Shown here: positions 30,987-39,011 of the stretch, piece after piece
Layout of the letters: each line of letters begins with the position of its first letter
Numbering within the stretch: position 1 is the stretch's first letter
From: an uncultured Verrucomicrobiae bacterium
GTDB taxonomy: Bacteria; Verrucomicrobiota; Verrucomicrobiia; Limisphaerales; Palsa-1400
NCBI GenBank assembly: GCA_963702845.1
Contig: OY969763.1
Span: 5,696,001-5,760,000 of the forward strand
Direction of reading: 5' to 3'
Length of the DNA: 64,000 bases
The notes under the pieces: model-generated
The model's input: the letters and a program-made list of their open reading frames with translations, nothing else
What the model was told of the DNA's origin: nothing
Database searches by the model: none
Program-made: the position numbers and the translations under genes

Positions 30987-32661
30987 TTCCTTTCCAACCC
31001 GGACCGCGCACGACTCGCCCAGGCATCGCGCCGGTGTGTTCACTATTCCTGATGACCTGAACGCCATTGACGAAAACGTGCTGCACGCCGGTGGCGAATT
31101 GTTGCGGATTTTCATATGTGGCGTGGTCCTGGATGCGCGCGGGATCGAACACCACGATGTCAGCGAAATAACCCCGCTTCAGCAAACCACGCTTTTTCAA
31201 ATGCAAGTTCTCGGCGGGCAGGCCACTGAGTCGACGGACAGCTTGTTCGAGCGGCAGCAAGTTTTCGTCGCGCGAATATTTGCCGAGCACGCGCGCGAAA
31301 TTTCCGTAAGCGCGCGGGTGCGGATGGGATTTTAGGAATGCACCTTCGGGCGCCATTGAGCCGGCGTCGGAACCGAAGCTGATCCAGGGAGTCTGTATTT
31401 CTTTGCGAACGTTTTTCTCATCCATCAGAAAATAAACAGTGTCCACGCGACTGTTGTCTTCAATCACCATGTCCATGGCAGCGTCTTCCGGCGAAGTGCC
31501 GCGCAGCTTCGCGACTTCAGCGAGCGTTTTGCCGGTGAGCGGTTTGAGCTTCGGATTTTTGAAGCCGCATAAAATAATTTTGTCCGGCGAACCTGCGGCC
31601 AAAAAAAAGTTTTCCCATTTATCGCTCGGCGTATCCATTTCCGATTTGACGCGCCTGCGAATTTCGGGATCGCGCAGGCGCTTGATCCATTCGCTCAACC
31701 CGCCTTCCTGGACCCACGGCGGCATCGCGGCGTCCAAGCCGGTTTCAGCGGCGGTGTAGGTATACATGTCGGCGGTGATGCGCAGGCCAGATTTGCGCGC
31801 GGCTTCGATTTTGGCAATGAGCTCGTCCATCTTTCCCCAATTCTTTTGGCCGGCGGCTTTGATGTGATAAATCTCCGCGGGAACATGCGCCGCGCGCGAA
31901 ATGGTAATGAGTTCGTCCGCCGCTTCCAGCAACTGGTTACCTTCACTGCGCATGTGCGAGATGTAATTGCCGCCGTACTTCGACGCTACCTTGCAGAGTT
32001 CGATCAACTCATCCGTCTTCGCGAAAAACGCCGGAGTGTAAATGAGCGATGAGCCGACGCCGAGCGCGCCTTCTTCCATCGCCTGGCGCACCAAACCACG
32101 CATGCGGTTCATCTCGCCAGGAGTCGGCGGACGATTTGCGTAGCCAACTTCGTGAATGCGCACAGTCGTGGCGCCCACGAATGACGCGACATTCGGCGAA
32201 ATGCCGCGTTGCGTCAGGTAATCGAGGAACTGGCCGAGCGTCGTCCACTCGATTTTGTAGTGGATGTCTTTTTGCCCGAGCATTTCATCCCGCTTCATTG
32301 CCTCGTTCAACGGGCCGGGTGAATCGCCTTCGCCAAAAACTTCCAAGGTGACGCCCTGGCGGATGTCGCTTTGGGAACGTCCGTCGTAAAGCAATGTATT
32401 CTCGGCCCAACTCAGCATGTTGATGAAGCCGGGGGCGACAGCCAATCCGGTCGCATCGATTTCCTTGAAGCCCTTGCCCGAAACTTTGCCGATGAGCGCG
32501 ATCGAATCGTTCTTGATCGCCACATCGCCGACGAAGCGCTTACTGCCGGTGCCGTCGTAAATCGCCCCGTTGCGAATGACGACATCGTATTTTGGCTCTT
32601 CAGCGGCGATGCCATGCGTTGCGAGCGCAAACACCGCAATTGCTAAGATGAACCGTGACAT
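30982..32661 (-). CDS. N-acyl-D-amino-acid deacylase family amidohydrolase
   Basis: IDATGLAVAPGFIN, SHMRSEG, GSDAG, HPRAYGNFARVLG, ADIVVFDP. Confidence 0.92.
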   Translation of the reverse strand: MSRFILAIAVFALATHGIAAEEPKYDVVIRNGAIYDGTGSKRFVGDVAIKNDSIALIGKVSGKGFKEIDATGLAVAPGFINMLSWAENTLLYDGRSQSDIRQGVTLEVFGEGDSPGPLNEAMKRDEMLGQKDIHYKIEWTTLGQFLDYLTQRGISPNVASFVGATTVRIHEVGYANRPPTPGEMNRMRGLVRQAMEEGALGVGSSLIYTPAFFAKTDELIELCKVASKYGGNYISHMRSEGNQLLEAADELITISRAAHVPAEIYHIKAAGQKNWGKMDELIAKIEAARKSGLRITADMYTYTAAETGLDAAMPPWVQEGGLSEWIKRLRDPEIRRRVKSEMDTPSDKWENFFLAAGSPDKIILCGFKNPKLKPLTGKTLAEVAKLRGTSPEDAAMDMVIEDNSRVDTVYFLMDEKNVRKEIQTPWISFGSDAGSMAPEGAFLKSHPHPRAYGNFARVLGKYSRDENLLPLEQAVRRLSGLPAENLHLKKRGLLKRGYFADIVVFDPARIQDHATYENPQQFATGVQHVFVNGVQVIRNSEHTGAMPGRVVRGPGWKGR

Positions 32662-32711
32662 AAGTTTATAGTCCCGGCTTCAGCCGGTCAGCGCAATGCG
32701 GCGGCGGATGT

Positions 32712-33347
32712 TTAGGGAGCCGGTGCCGGGATGACGATTTTTTGGCCGACTTGCAATCGGTTCCAATTAACCGAGGGATTCGCATCCTGAACCTTTTTCA
32801 TACTGATTTTCTTCATCCCTTCTGATTGGAATTTTCTATTAAAGGCCTGAACGATCGCCGAAAGCGTTTCACCGTCTTGGACAGTGTGCGGAAAACCATC
32901 CGTAGTGGCCGGAGCATCGGCGGTGGTAGTCGGCTTATCCTTGATCACCGGCGCGGGACGGGACGACCCCGCCTTTAACACCGCCTTTTCGATGTCCGCA
33001 ATCGACTTCTTGATCTCATCGGAAATCATCTGCTTGTCCGACTCGCGCTTTTTGTCGACCTCCTGGATTTTATCGCGCAACAGTTTCATATCATCGTGGA
33101 CCGACGAATTACTATTTGCCTTCGCCTGATCCTCGCTGATTTTGCTGAGGCGTTCCTCGAGCGCGTTGATCTTGTGCTGCAACGAAGCGTTGGCGGCCTG
33201 CAGCGCTTCCACATCGGCGCTCATGCGTTTATAGCGCTCCTCGGCGTCCTGTCTATCGGCCGCGGCGGCAGCCGTGCTGGCATTCTGGGCAAAAATGGGC
33301 AATTGCAGCGCGAGCAAAATTGAGGTGAGGCACAACATCCTTTTCAT
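32712..33347 (-). CDS. Coiled-coil protein with C-terminal LysM domain
   Basis: Signal peptide, coiled coil, HTVQDGETLSAI..DANP..RLQVGQKIVIP. Confidence 0.88.
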   Translation of the reverse strand: MKRMLCLTSILLALQLPIFAQNASTAAAAADRQDAEERYKRMSADVEALQAANASLQHKINALEERLSKISEDQAKANSNSSVHDDMKLLRDKIQEVDKKRESDKQMISDEIKKSIADIEKAVLKAGSSRPAPVIKDKPTTTADAPATTDGFPHTVQDGETLSAIVQAFNRKFQSEGMKKISMKKVQDANPSVNWNRLQVGQKIVIPAPAP

Positions 33348-33427
33348 GGATGCGACATTAAAACTCCCGCGAAATGAATTCAAGCTCGCGCTGGTTTCGA
33401 GAGGCCAAACTTTCGATCTTTTCCGAA

Positions 33428-33497
33428 GGAGACGAGGTGACGATGCTCACTTCTGGAAATCCGAAAGAAGTCAGAGCCTCCTGACGTCGGCTGCTAC
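33428..33497. repeat. GTAG-type REP (GTAGCAGCCGACGTCAGGAGGCTC on minus strand) with a degenerate partner
   Basis: CAGAGCCTCCTGACGTCGGCTGCTAC at 33472-33497. Confidence 0.65.
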
Positions 33498-33506
33498 AAT
33501 GGGCAG

Positions 33507-33740
33507 AAAAAAGTGGTAAAAAACTACTTTGACCTGGTTTGACTGGCCTTGACTAGGTTTGACAAATCCAGAACCAGTCAAACCCCGGTCACAGTAGCAG
33601 TCGCGGTGATTGGCAGTCGCAAAAAAGGGTAAAAAACTACTGCTAAATGGTGCTAAGTAGTGCGAAATGGTGCTAACTAGTGCTAAAAATCGGGAACTTT
33701 TAGCACTCGTTTGGCAGTTACATTCGCAGTAGGCATTGCA
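33507..33740. repeat. Two tandem ~114-bp modules, each leader + decamer array + 13-bp spacer + inverted hexamer
   Basis: Leader AAAAAAG(T)GGTAAAAAACTAC; (T/C)TTGAC x4 then GTCAAA; TGC(T/G)AA x5 then TTAGCA. Confidence 0.9.
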
Positions 33741-33870
33741 CTGTATTGAACTTCGGTCAGGCGGCAGGTTTAGTTTTCTAACGTTCTGGTGTTTAGTCAT
33801 ACACAAGAGGTTAATCTCTCGGTTGGTTGGAAGCTTCTTAGCAGTTCTGGTGTCCTAATAAGAATGAAAG

Positions 33871-34341
33871 ATGCGCGATAAAAATTTTATAGCCGAACAT
33901 CGCGGTGGGTTGCTGAAGATGCGTGATCACCGATTGCTCGCGAAGTGGGCCGCCGATTGTGCGGAGCATATCTTGAACGCGGTCTGGATGAATAAAGAAG
34001 ACCTGCGGCCATTCCGAGCGGTGGAGCAGGGGCGGGCGTGGTCGCGTGGTGAGAACAGAGTTGGTGATTGCCAAAAAGCTGCGGTTGCGGCCCATGCCGC
34101 CGCTCGGGCCTGCAAAGATCCGGCTGCGATTGCTGCGGCTCGTTGCGCGGGCCACGCCGTCGCGACGGCGCATATGGCGGATCATTGTTTTGGTGTTGGC
34201 TATGCTTTGAAAGCTGCAACGCTCGCTGGTCTCGATGTCGAACAGGAGCGGGCTTGGCAAAAAAGGCATCTGCCAAGACAAGTTCGTAAACTGGTTATCA
34301 CCGGACAAGCCCGCCGACGAGCATTGGGCAGGAGTATGTAG
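33871..34341 (+). CDS. Imm5-like putative immunity protein
   Basis: DHRLLAKWAADCAEH, AAVAAHAAAR, AGHAVATAHMADH, ERAWQ. Confidence 0.8.
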   Translation: MRDKNFIAEHRGGLLKMRDHRLLAKWAADCAEHILNAVWMNKEDLRPFRAVEQGRAWSRGENRVGDCQKAAVAAHAAARACKDPAAIAAARCAGHAVATAHMADHCFGVGYALKAATLAGLDVEQERAWQKRHLPRQVRKLVITGQARRRALGRSM

Positions 34342-34363
34342 GTGCGGTGAGTCGGTGAGTTGG

Positions 34364-34454
34364 TTCAATCGTCGCTACGCGACGAGTCGACGATCGACCG
34401 TTCTGATCCGTGGAATGAATTCCACGGCTACCTTCAAGAACCGCTACGCGGTTC
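34364..34454. repeat. Multi-hairpin REP-type element
   Basis: CGTCGC-TAC-GCGACG; CCGTGGAA-TGAA-TTCCACGG followed by CTAC; AACCGC-TAC-GCGGTT. Confidence 0.75.
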
Positions 34455-34502
34455 AACAATCATCCCGGCGGACGAAGAATTTGGTTTGAGCTCACAAAAA
34501 AG

Positions 34503-34539
34503 TTGACACGCCGTCCTAACTGTCATACTGTCCTATGAC
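34503..34539 (+). promoter_or_regulatory. Promoter with overlapping palindrome (probable GntR/YtrA operator)
   Basis: TTGACA-N17-TACTGT; GTCATA-N6-TATGAC directly before the ATG. Confidence 0.65.
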
Positions 34540-34541
34540 GG

Positions 34542-34946
34542 ATGATCTTTAAGGTCGATTTCAAATCTGGTAAGCCGGTTTATTTGCAACTGGTCGACCA
34601 GGTTCGTTATGCGGCGGCTTCTGGAGCTTTGCGCGCGGGGGAGCCGCTGCCGTCTGTGCGGCAGCTTGCGGAAGAAATGCGGGTCAATCGCAACACTGTC
34701 GCCAAGGCTTATAGCGAACTTGAAAACCAGGGCGTCATCGAAACCATTGCCGGCAAAGGCTGCTTTTTGAAGGAGAACAATTCTCCTTTTACCAAACACG
34801 CCAAGGAGGAACTGCTGGAGAAGGCGATCGATGGCGCTGTGGTCACGGCGCATCACCTGCAAATCGACCACGCAAGCTTTCTCGCGCTCGTTCGCGAACG
34901 CCTCGCGTGGTTTGAACGCAAAATCAAAGGAGGAAAAGATGAGTAA
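34542..34946 (+). CDS. GntR family regulator (YtrA subfamily)
   Basis: PVYLQLVDQV, LPSVRQLA..VNRNTVAKAYSELE..GKGCF; short C-terminal domain. Confidence 0.93.
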   Translation: MIFKVDFKSGKPVYLQLVDQVRYAAASGALRAGEPLPSVRQLAEEMRVNRNTVAKAYSELENQGVIETIAGKGCFLKENNSPFTKHAKEELLEKAIDGAVVTAHHLQIDHASFLALVRERLAWFERKIKGGKDE

Positions 34947-35841
34947 CGAAGCGCCCGCGATTGAAATCCGAAACCTGATCCGTCGCTACGGCAAGCTCGA
35001 CGCCGTCAACGGACTGAACCTGACGGTGCAACCCGGCAGATGTTACGGGTTCTTTGGCCGCAATGGCGCGGGCAAAACCACAACGATCAAATGCCTCCTC
35101 AACCTGCTGCGACCGACGTCCGGCGGTGTTCGGGTTTTCGGCCTGGACCCGCAGAAGGATGAGGTCGCGGTGAAATCGCGTCTGGCATATGTCCCGGATG
35201 CGGTCGCGTTTTACCCGTGGATGACGGTGCGCGACACGCTGAACTATCTCGCGTCCTTTCGCAAAAACTGGAACGACCAAATCGAGTCCGACTTGTTGAA
35301 GCGCTTTGAGCTGAATGAAAGCCAAAAGACCAGCCACCTTTCTAAAGGGCAGAAGACCCAACTCGCGCTGATCGGCGCAATTGCCGCCGAGCCCGAGCTT
35401 CTGGTTCTCGACGAACCTACGTCCGGCCTCGACCCGATTGTCCGTCGCGAATTCATCGAGACGGTCATCGGCGCGTATCAGAGCAGTGGTGCTGAGCGCC
35501 GCACGGTATTCGTTTCCACTCATCTTATTTCGGAGTTCGAAGGTCTTATCGACGATTTCACCATCATTGAGCAGGGGAAAGAACTCCTGACCATGAACGC
35601 CGACGCCGCCCGCGATCGTTTCAAAAAAATCCGTGCTCGCTTCGCTCAACCGATGCGCGACCTGCAACTCCCCGGCGCACTCAGTCAGCGGAGTGCCGGT
35701 CGCGACGTGGAGGTTCTCGCCAACGGCAACAGCGAACAGGTCATTGCGGCGTTGAAATCAAAATCCCCCGAAGACCTCACTTGCGAATCGCTCACGTTGG
35801 AAGAAATCTTCGTCGCCTCAAAAACCCTGAGCCGCGCCTGA
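34939..35841 (+). CDS. ABC transporter ATP-binding protein
   Basis: GRNGAGKTT, LSKGQ, LVLDEPTSGLD; AAGGAGG ribosome-binding site. Confidence 0.95.
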   Translation: MSNEAPAIEIRNLIRRYGKLDAVNGLNLTVQPGRCYGFFGRNGAGKTTTIKCLLNLLRPTSGGVRVFGLDPQKDEVAVKSRLAYVPDAVAFYPWMTVRDTLNYLASFRKNWNDQIESDLLKRFELNESQKTSHLSKGQKTQLALIGAIAAEPELLVLDEPTSGLDPIVRREFIETVIGAYQSSGAERRTVFVSTHLISEFEGLIDDFTIIEQGKELLTMNADAARDRFKKIRARFAQPMRDLQLPGALSQRSAGRDVEVLANGNSEQVIAALKSKSPEDLTCESLTLEEIFVASKTLSRA

Positions 35842-35842
35842 C

Positions 35843-38443
35843 ATGAACGCACTCATCCGCAAAGAAATTCGAGCAGTCCTGCCCGCGTGGGTGGCAACGT
35901 TGCTACTGGCGATCTTGCCGATGTGGCTTTACGCCGTCAACGCCGCGGGTTTTTTGTTAGGGGCAAAAACGGCACGACCAGAAATAGGTGCAGTTTCGGG
36001 CTATTGCTTTGGCCTCAGTGCCGTCGCTTTGGCCCTGCTGCCCTTTGGTCACGAATTCACGGCTAGAACGTTCAGTATGCTGCTTTCACAGCCGGTACCA
36101 CGCCAACGCATGTGGCTCGTCAAGGCGCTGTCGCTTGGTGTCGCGATAATTCTTAACTTAGCGATCTATTTACTTTCATTGTATATTGTTCTTCGCTGGT
36201 TTTACGGTGCGGATTTCTCGATTAAAGGTTGGTCAGAGTTGCGAGACATGTTGCAAGCAGCTCCGATGATCGCGCTTATCGCCTATTCAGGCGGCCTTTG
36301 GACAACCGTTCTCTTTCGCACGGTTCTGGGCGCGTTGGGAATAACCATTGTGGCGCCTTTGGCAGTCCTGATGCTGGAAGGTTGGATAGGTGGGAAAATC
36401 GGGCCACACTACGACGATGTCCTCCTGCCTTGGAGTATGATCGCATATGGCATCGCTGGTATAATTTTTGCCCGATGGTATTTCTTGCGCGCTCAAGACG
36501 TCCCCTGGGGAAGCCGAACCGTTTCACTGCCGAGCGGACAGACCAGCGTCTGGCGCGTTCTCTCCACCTTTCGGCGCAGTCACAAGTATGTCGCCCTGTT
36601 GCAAAAGGAACTGCAACTTCAGCAGGTCAGTTTTTTTATCGCGCTACTACTCCTGCTGGCACACCTCGGAAGCTTGCTGATCCGAGAATTTATTCCGCAT
36701 CAAACCAGGAGTGCGCTCTGGATGGTGATTGATAATGCGTGGATCCTTTGGCTCGCCTTACCGCTTTTTGTTGGAAGCATGGCTGTCGCCGAGGAGCGTC
36801 GGTTGGGCACGCTGGACGATTTGCTTACGCAGCCGGTTTCTCGTTGCGGCAAATTCGCAGTCAAACTCATCGTCACTTTTGCTTTGGCTCTTTTCTTTGG
36901 TGCGGTCATGCCATGGGCAATTGAAAAAATATTCCACATCCCACGCGTTTTGGCGTTCGACCTAATGCACGATGCAACGCTGGCCGATTTAGCGAAAATG
37001 ACACTGTGGATTGTTTCGTGTGCGTTTTTTGCCTCTGCCGCGATGCGCGGCAGTATCGAAGCCATTTGTCTGGGTGCTGTCGCAGTTCCCTTAGTCGTCG
37101 TGCTGATGAACGCCCTTGCAGGTTATTACAGCGCCTATGTAGCGGAAATCGCTGGCATCCTCGTTCTGCTATCGGCCCTTTGGCTGGCTTGGAGAAATTT
37201 CAGCTGCTCGCAAATTCGCTTGCCCGATATCGCGATCACATTGGCGACCGTTGTGACAACCGTCGTAACAGGGTGGGGCGTCGCGAGCTTCACTTGGAAT
37301 CGCGGTTGGGAATACTTCCTGCGCCTTGAACCCGAACATGGCGCACCGGTTCTTCATGCGACCGACCGTGTCAAAATTGCCTCCAGTGCTTTCGGTCCGA
37401 TCGCATTGTTACCCGATGGCCGAATTTGGATGGCCACATACAATTACCACTGGCGCGCTGTTTCCAAAAAACCGAAATCAGATGAAGTTTTGTCCGCTGT
37501 GACGGTGAGCAACGCGCGATTCCTTCCCGGCACCTGGAAGGATTTTTCCGTTGGGCCAGTTCTCTACGCCATTAAGGCCGATGGAACTCTCTGGCAATTG
37601 ACTTACGTTAAATTTCTTAACCGAACCAGGTTTCACGCTAACGAACTCAACCCGCCAAAACAAATTGGTTCCGATACCGACTGGGCCTCGTTAAGTGGCG
37701 GACGCAATTACATCCTCGCTTTAAAACGCGACGGATCACTTTGGGGCTGCGGCGCGAACGACTTTGGCCAACTGGGCCCCGGTCCCAAAAAGGGCACCCA
37801 AATTCTAAAACCAATTTGGCCCGGGTCGTCATGGTCGAGGGTCCTTACCGCAGACTATCAATGCCTGGGTTTTAAAAAAGATGGCACCTCATGGGAATGG
37901 GGCGGTCTCAATAGGAATGAAACGTCCTTAAAGGCCGATTTCCCGCCTTTCGAACCTCAACCCTCGGTGTTTGAAGGCACCAACTGGACGTCTTATTTCG
38001 CGAGCTTTCCCATTCATTTCGCAACGCGCGATGATGGCACGCTTTGGAGTTCAATTCCTGACAAATCTCTGAACGTCATCAAGGCGCCATGGACCATCTT
38101 CGGCCAACCGGTCACAATTGAGCAAGGACTTCATCGTTTGGGAACGGCATCCGACTGGCGCCTGCTCACGGCCCGGCATCCGATGTCTGCTTTAAAGACG
38201 GACGGCACATGGTTGGTGCATGATGGCAGTTGCGTCGGGCGACCGAGGAGCGAAGGGGTAAAAGTCAGTCGATATACCGATTGGATCACCGTTTCGTCTG
38301 ACTTCGATATATCAAAATCTGAGATAATCGGCATAGCCGCCGATGGAACGATTTCCAGTTGGATGGCTTTAGATTGGTATCCGTATGACATCGGCCCGTC
38401 GCACCGCCCAACCTGGTCCACCAACATCTTCGCCGCCCGATGA
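35843..38443 (+). CDS. Duplicated ABC-2-type permease fused to an RCC1/BLIP-II-like repeat domain
   Basis: Two transmembrane blocks (LIRKEIR..LLSQPVPR; LLQKELQ..LLTQPVSR), then repeats such as LALKRDGSLWGCGANDFGQLG. Confidence 0.8.
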   Translation: MNALIRKEIRAVLPAWVATLLLAILPMWLYAVNAAGFLLGAKTARPEIGAVSGYCFGLSAVALALLPFGHEFTARTFSMLLSQPVPRQRMWLVKALSLGVAIILNLAIYLLSLYIVLRWFYGADFSIKGWSELRDMLQAAPMIALIAYSGGLWTTVLFRTVLGALGITIVAPLAVLMLEGWIGGKIGPHYDDVLLPWSMIAYGIAGIIFARWYFLRAQDVPWGSRTVSLPSGQTSVWRVLSTFRRSHKYVALLQKELQLQQVSFFIALLLLLAHLGSLLIREFIPHQTRSALWMVIDNAWILWLALPLFVGSMAVAEERRLGTLDDLLTQPVSRCGKFAVKLIVTFALALFFGAVMPWAIEKIFHIPRVLAFDLMHDATLADLAKMTLWIVSCAFFASAAMRGSIEAICLGAVAVPLVVVLMNALAGYYSAYVAEIAGILVLLSALWLAWRNFSCSQIRLPDIAITLATVVTTVVTGWGVASFTWNRGWEYFLRLEPEHGAPVLHATDRVKIASSAFGPIALLPDGRIWMATYNYHWRAVSKKPKSDEVLSAVTVSNARFLPGTWKDFSVGPVLYAIKADGTLWQLTYVKFLNRTRFHANELNPPKQIGSDTDWASLSGGRNYILALKRDGSLWGCGANDFGQLGPGPKKGTQILKPIWPGSSWSRVLTADYQCLGFKKDGTSWEWGGLNRNETSLKADFPPFEPQPSVFEGTNWTSYFASFPIHFATRDDGTLWSSIPDKSLNVIKAPWTIFGQPVTIEQGLHRLGTASDWRLLTARHPMSALKTDGTWLVHDGSCVGRPRSEGVKVSRYTDWITVSSDFDISKSEIIGIAADGTISSWMALDWYPYDIGPSHRPTWSTNIFAAR

Positions 38444-38465
38444 CACAGCAGCCGTCGTTATGCGA

Positions 38466-38678
38466 TCAGACCGCCACCACTTCATCCGGGCAAAAGAAAT
38501 CAAATGGCGGCAACCCTTCTTCCCTTGCGATCGCCTTGCTGATCTGCACGGCTTGCGCCGCCATGGTCGCGCTTTTGGCGTAGTCTCCGACCTTGGAAGC
38601 CATGATCGAGCCCTTTTGCAGGGCGCTGAGTTCACGTTTGAGATCCAAAATTACCGAGTCTTCCGTTTGTTTAGTCAT
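38466..38678 (-). CDS. Small hypothetical protein
   Basis: 70 aa with GGGAGGG ribosome-binding site. Confidence 0.55.
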   Translation of the reverse strand: MTKQTEDSVILDLKRELSALQKGSIMASKVGDYAKSATMAAQAVQISKAIAREEGLPPFDFFCPDEVVAV

Positions 38679-39011
38679 AAAATTCCCTCCCGTTCAAAAA
38701 GTTGATGTGACGGTCGCATGTCCGAGGGCTAGTGGCTATACGGGGTTTGCTGAAACCGGATTGCACGTTTTTGAGAGCAGTTTTTGCGATTTTGTGGTGA
38801 GCAAACTCACATGGGTATTGCTGAGGAACCACTATGCTAAACTGCGACACTGTTTGTGTAAGCGCCACAATGACAGCGCTATCCGCCGCTACTCAACCCT
38901 TCGTAAACCATTCCTCATCCAGAGGATTAGCTATTTATCAGGCTTGCCTGATGAAAAAACATATTGGCAATTCGAAGGGCTCGTGGCATTTAATCCGGCC
39001 CTACATCTTAT

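Noticed and set aside
33507..33710. CRISPR array interpretation of the periodic repeats (also 2101-2320 and 13707-13790)
   Set aside because: Units are 10 or 21 bp with no unique ~30-bp spacers, and no cas genes are present.
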